Positions 61,701 to 64,000 of a stretch of 64,000 nucleotides of DNA are shown here, in pieces. Source of the DNA: Candidatus Jorgensenbacteria bacterium GW2011_GWB1_50_10 (GTDB lineage Bacteria; Patescibacteriota; Minisyncoccia; UBA6257; GWB1-50-10); NCBI GenBank assembly GCA_001004105.1, contig LCQK01000002.1, positions 347 to 64,346 on the forward strand, read 5' to 3'. The notes under the pieces are model-generated. The model had not been told where the DNA came from and did not search any database. It worked only from the letters and a program-made list of their open reading frames with translations. Position numbers and translations under genes: made by a program. Within the stretch, counting starts at the first letter, position 1. The number at the start of each line of letters is the position of its first letter.

Positions 61701-61917
61701 CGTTAGGCGCCAAATATGCTTCCACGCCGACGATTGGCTTAATTCCTTCTTTCCTCGCTTTTTTGTAGAACTCAATCGCGCCGTAGAGGTTGCCGTGGTC
61801 GGTTAAGGCAAGCGAATCCATCCCGAGTTCCTTGGTTTTTTTGATGAGGTCGTCGATTTTCGCGAGGCCGTCGAGCAACGAGTAATGGCTGTGGACGTGC
61901 AGATGGACAAATTTCAT
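58768..61917 (-). CDS. dnaE: DNA polymerase III subunit alpha
   Basis: FVHLHVHSHYSLLDG, GRGSAAGS, PDIDIDF, YGFNKSH. Confidence 0.99.
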   Translation of the reverse strand: MKFVHLHVHSHYSLLDGLAKIDDLIKKTKELGMDSLALTDHGNLYGAIEFYKKARKEGIKPIVGVEAYLAPNGRLNKRPKIDEARYHLILLAKNKTGWKNLVRLVTAAHLEGFYYKPRIDKEILLKHAEGLVCLSGCFSGEISRLLSQGKMSEAEEAAKWYQSVFGGDFYLEIQPHAPEIHKLILDMAEKLKIPVVATQDVHYVSLDDRTAHEILLAVQTNTKLDDQDRLSLKNYNVSLRSPEEMIELFRHVPQAIENTARIAEKCNLEIDLNQTYLPSFPLPEGETAMNYLKKLIAERLPLRFPRTTKEVEERLSHEIDVIEKTGFVDYFLIVQDFVNWAKNHGIVVGPGRGSAAGSIVSYILGITDVDPLKYDLLFERFLNPDRIQVPDIDIDFTDTRRDEVLAYIKDKYGADKVAQIITFGTMMARAAVRDAGRALGLPYGFCDQIAKLIPFNVPLKQSIAAVPELKKMMDENEDAKKILEAAIKLEGTARHASVHACGIVISSYPLVNFVPLQRAPQGDDAIITQFEMHSIEDLGLLKIDLLGLKNLTIIEKTLRLVKDLHGIDIDINNLLLDDKKTFELFQSAEMTGVFQLESSGMRRYLKELKPTELEDIIVMISLYRPGPMELIPLYIKRKFGREKVTYIHPRLEPILEKTYGVGIYQEQMMRIARDLAGFTLAEADTLRKAIGKKIKKLLDEQKEKLLNGLVANGIDKKTANQIWELFPPFARYGFNKSHGAAYALISYRTAYLKANFPVEFMTSLLNISGSDVERVNFLINEAKRLKIKVLPPDVNLSLQDFTVDQGNIRFGLLAIKNLGVNIVEVVIDERSRGGPFQNFSEFLNRIQHRDLNKKSLESLIKCGAFDSLGVDRARALANIDEIIRFNQAAKKMKSANQNSLFGGAGLELAAMKFVNGGEPTDKKMMLIWEKELLGLYITDHPFNAYASKIKKQTVPIKKIAGATPNNAGSGQLLLAGVITAVQKILTKRGDPMLFVSLEDATGSTEVLVFSDVLNKNPNVWQENKAVMIDGRLSFKGNEPKVIVNAVKEL

Positions 61918-61950
61918 GTCTTGGTATCAGACTAATTATACTAATAGCAG

Positions 61951-62541
61951 GTGGCAAGAAAAAGATACATCGTAGGCATTGATGAAGTCGGGCGCGGCTC
62001 TCTGGCTGGCTACTTGCTCGTGGCTGCGGTCATAGTTCCTTCAGGAATAAACCTGCGCCGCCGGCATCTTCCGAAAATCAAGGACTCCAAGCGTCTCACG
62101 GCGCTTGCAAGGGGGAAATGGCTTTCTTTCGTAGAAAGGCATCCGGGAATAAAATACACCCTTTTTAAGGCGAGTCCGGGGACCATAGATGGGATTAACG
62201 TAACCCGCGCCGCTAATATAGCCGCAACCGGAGCGGTAAGGAATTTGATGACTAAGAACCCCGCCACTTTTGCCCGCGCCAACGTCTATTTGGATGGCGG
62301 CCTTTATTTGAACCTTAAGAACGTAAAGTTCAGGACCTTGACGAGAGGCGACGAAAAAATCAACGCTATCAAGCTTGCTTCAATCATCGCCAAGGTGAAA
62401 AGGGACAAATATATGACTGAACTCCATAAAAAATATCCCAAATATGCCTTTGACAAACACAAGGGCTATGGAACGAAGAAGCATAAAAGAGCCATTAAAA
62501 AATACGGTCCGACCAAGATACACAGATTGACGTTCATTTAA
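61951..62541 (+). CDS. rnhB: Ribonuclease HII
   Basis: GIDEVGRGSLAG, DSKRL, ASIIAKVKRD, HKGYGT. Confidence 0.96.
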   Translation: MARKRYIVGIDEVGRGSLAGYLLVAAVIVPSGINLRRRHLPKIKDSKRLTALARGKWLSFVERHPGIKYTLFKASPGTIDGINVTRAANIAATGAVRNLMTKNPATFARANVYLDGGLYLNLKNVKFRTLTRGDEKINAIKLASIIAKVKRDKYMTELHKKYPKYAFDKHKGYGTKKHKRAIKKYGPTKIHRLTFI

Positions 62542-62575
62542 ACTTTCATTATTCTTAATTCATAATTCTAGGAAT

Positions 62576-62752
62576 ATGGGAGGCGTACCAGTAAAACATC
62601 ATTCCAAGTCCAAAGTCGGCCGGCGGCGGTCGCAACTCGCCTTGAAGAGGCGGTTTCTTGCGGTTTGTCCCGACTGCAAGGGGCCAACCATGCCGCACCG
62701 TAGCTGTCCCCAATGCGGAAAATACGCAAAATCGAAATCTGGAAAAAGCTAA
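62576..62752 (+). CDS. rpmF: 50S ribosomal protein L32 (58 aa, absent from the ORF track)
   Basis: MGGVPVKHHSKSKVGRRRSQ...CPDC...PHRSCPQCGKY. Confidence 0.93.
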   Translation: MGGVPVKHHSKSKVGRRRSQLALKRRFLAVCPDCKGPTMPHRSCPQCGKYAKSKSGKS

Positions 62753-62775
62753 ACTCACTCGCTCTTTAAAAATCC

Positions 62776-63216
62776 ATGGCCACAAGACACTTAGCGAGAA
62801 CGATTGTTGTCCAATCGCTTTACGAATGGGATTTTTACAATCGGGAAGCCGACCTCATTAAAATCGTGGAGAGGAACATGGCAAGTTTCGGTGCGGGCAT
62901 TGACGAGCCGGATTTTGTCTGGCGGATGGTGAAAGGCGTAATAGAGCATTTGAAAGATATTGATGCGGTCATTGAAAAGGCGGCGCCGGAGTGGCCGCTT
63001 GCGAAAATCGCGATCGTGGACCGGAACGTCCTGCGTCTCGGCCTCTACGAGCTTCTTTACGCCGACCGAAACGAAGTGCCGCCTAAGGTAGCCATCAACG
63101 AAGCGATTGAAATCGCCAAAAATTACAGCGGCCCCAATTCGCCGAAGTTCGTAAACGGCGTCTTGGGCACGGTTTATCGGCAAATGGAAGGCGGGACGGC
63201 GGAAGAGAAAAAATAA
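62776..63216 (+). CDS. nusB: Transcription antitermination factor NusB
   Basis: [31 protein letters not shown]. Confidence 0.97.
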   Translation: MATRHLARTIVVQSLYEWDFYNREADLIKIVERNMASFGAGIDEPDFVWRMVKGVIEHLKDIDAVIEKAAPEWPLAKIAIVDRNVLRLGLYELLYADRNEVPPKVAINEAIEIAKNYSGPNSPKFVNGVLGTVYRQMEGGTAEEKK

Positions 63217-63217
63217 A

Positions 63218-63916
63218 ATGTTTTCGGAACTGAAAAAACTGGAAGAGAAAATTGGCGTTGATTTCAAAAACAAAGCGCTTCTTCTTGAAGCTCTCACTCA
63301 CCGTTCCTATTTAAATGAGAATCCCGGAGTAAAAACCGGGAATAACGAGCGTTTGGAATATTTGGGCGACGCAGTTTTGGAACTTGTCGTGACGGAGGAG
63401 CTTTTTCACAAGTTTCCCGAGCGTCAGGAAGGGGAACTCACGCTTCTCCGGGCCGCGCTCGTAAATTACGTGATGTTGGGGCGAATCGCCCGTGAAATCG
63501 GTTTGGAAAAATACGTGCTTTTGTCCCGGGGTGAAGCCAAGGATTTCGGCAAGGCGCGGGAAGTGATTTTGGCAAACGCCATTGAAGCTTTGATTGGCGC
63601 GCTGTATCTCGACAAGGGCTACGATATTGCCGGTAAATTCATTAAGGATAACGTTTTGAATCATTTGGAAGAAGTGATCGCCAACGGCTCTTACCGCGAC
63701 TCCAAAAGCAGCTTGCAGGAAATCATTCAGGAGAAAACGAAGGTTACGCCGACCTACAAAGTTTTGGAAGAACGGGGGCCGGACCACGCCCGAGAGTTCG
63801 TGGTCGGGGTTTTCTTTGGCGGCGAGCTTCAGGCGACCGGCACCGGGAGTTCCAAACAGGAGGCCGAAAATGACGCGGCGGGGGAGGCGCTAAGGGATTT
63901 AAGGCATAAGAAATGA
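63218..63916 (+). CDS. rnc: Ribonuclease III
   Basis: ALTHRS, NERLEYLGDAVL, EALIGALYLD, dsRBD KSSLQE. Confidence 0.98.
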   Translation: MFSELKKLEEKIGVDFKNKALLLEALTHRSYLNENPGVKTGNNERLEYLGDAVLELVVTEELFHKFPERQEGELTLLRAALVNYVMLGRIAREIGLEKYVLLSRGEAKDFGKAREVILANAIEALIGALYLDKGYDIAGKFIKDNVLNHLEEVIANGSYRDSKSSLQEIIQEKTKVTPTYKVLEERGPDHAREFVVGVFFGGELQATGTGSSKQEAENDAAGEALRDLRHKK

Positions 63917-64000
63917 ATTTTTTGAAACGTTTGGAGTTGCAGGGATTCAAATCTTTTGCCGGGAAGATGATTTTGGATTTTCCGGCCAAAATCGTGGGCG
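63913..64000 (+). CDS. smc: SMC-family ATPase, 5' end only
   Basis: MNFLKRLELQGFKSFA; follows rnc. Confidence 0.8.
   Translation, partial: MNFLKRLELQGFKSFAGKMILDFPAKIVG

Overview
64-kb chromosomal segment of a reduced-genome bacterium, most likely Patescibacteria/CPR (Parcubacteria-like). This assignment is inferred from: no rpmD in the spc operon, no rplA after rplK, internally shortened L3, core genes mostly without Shine-Dalgarno sites, and TGA used as stop (code 11). Core content: str/S10/spc ribosomal cluster (rpsL to secY, adk, map), topA-dprA, rmuC, secA, a complete F1Fo ATP synthase operon, tRNA-Ile(GAU), tRNA-Leu(GAG), rplS, gyrB, secE-nusG-rplK, a dTMP cluster (dcd, thyA, folA, dcd/dut-like, second DHFR-like), gatB, miaA, thrS, dnaE, rnhB, rpmF, nusB, rnc and the start of smc. 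Interspersed are small accessory islands (Phd-RelE and HicB/HicA-like TA pairs, a ClpP-like gene, NUDIX genes, a LAGLIDADG gene abutting tRNA-Leu, RDD plus membrane-anchored HNH) and single-gene orphan units. The most unusual signal is a layer of small DNA elements with no transposase in the window: (i) two TrpR/YerC-like HTH genes, each bracketed by its own perfect palindrome (shared GTAT-N8-ATAC core), with a solo copy in frame inside another gene; (ii) a 27-bp motif bordering accessory genes three times and also forming the inverted ends of a ~200-bp MITE-like element; (iii) a MITE family with 19-bp TIRs and 4-bp target duplications, one copy of which duplicated the ATGA stop/start overlap of rpsQ-rplN; (iv) heptamer repeats translated inside TopA, ThrRS and S3; (v) several promoter-to-terminator structured ncRNA candidates. 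All calls come from reading the sequence; no database searches were run.
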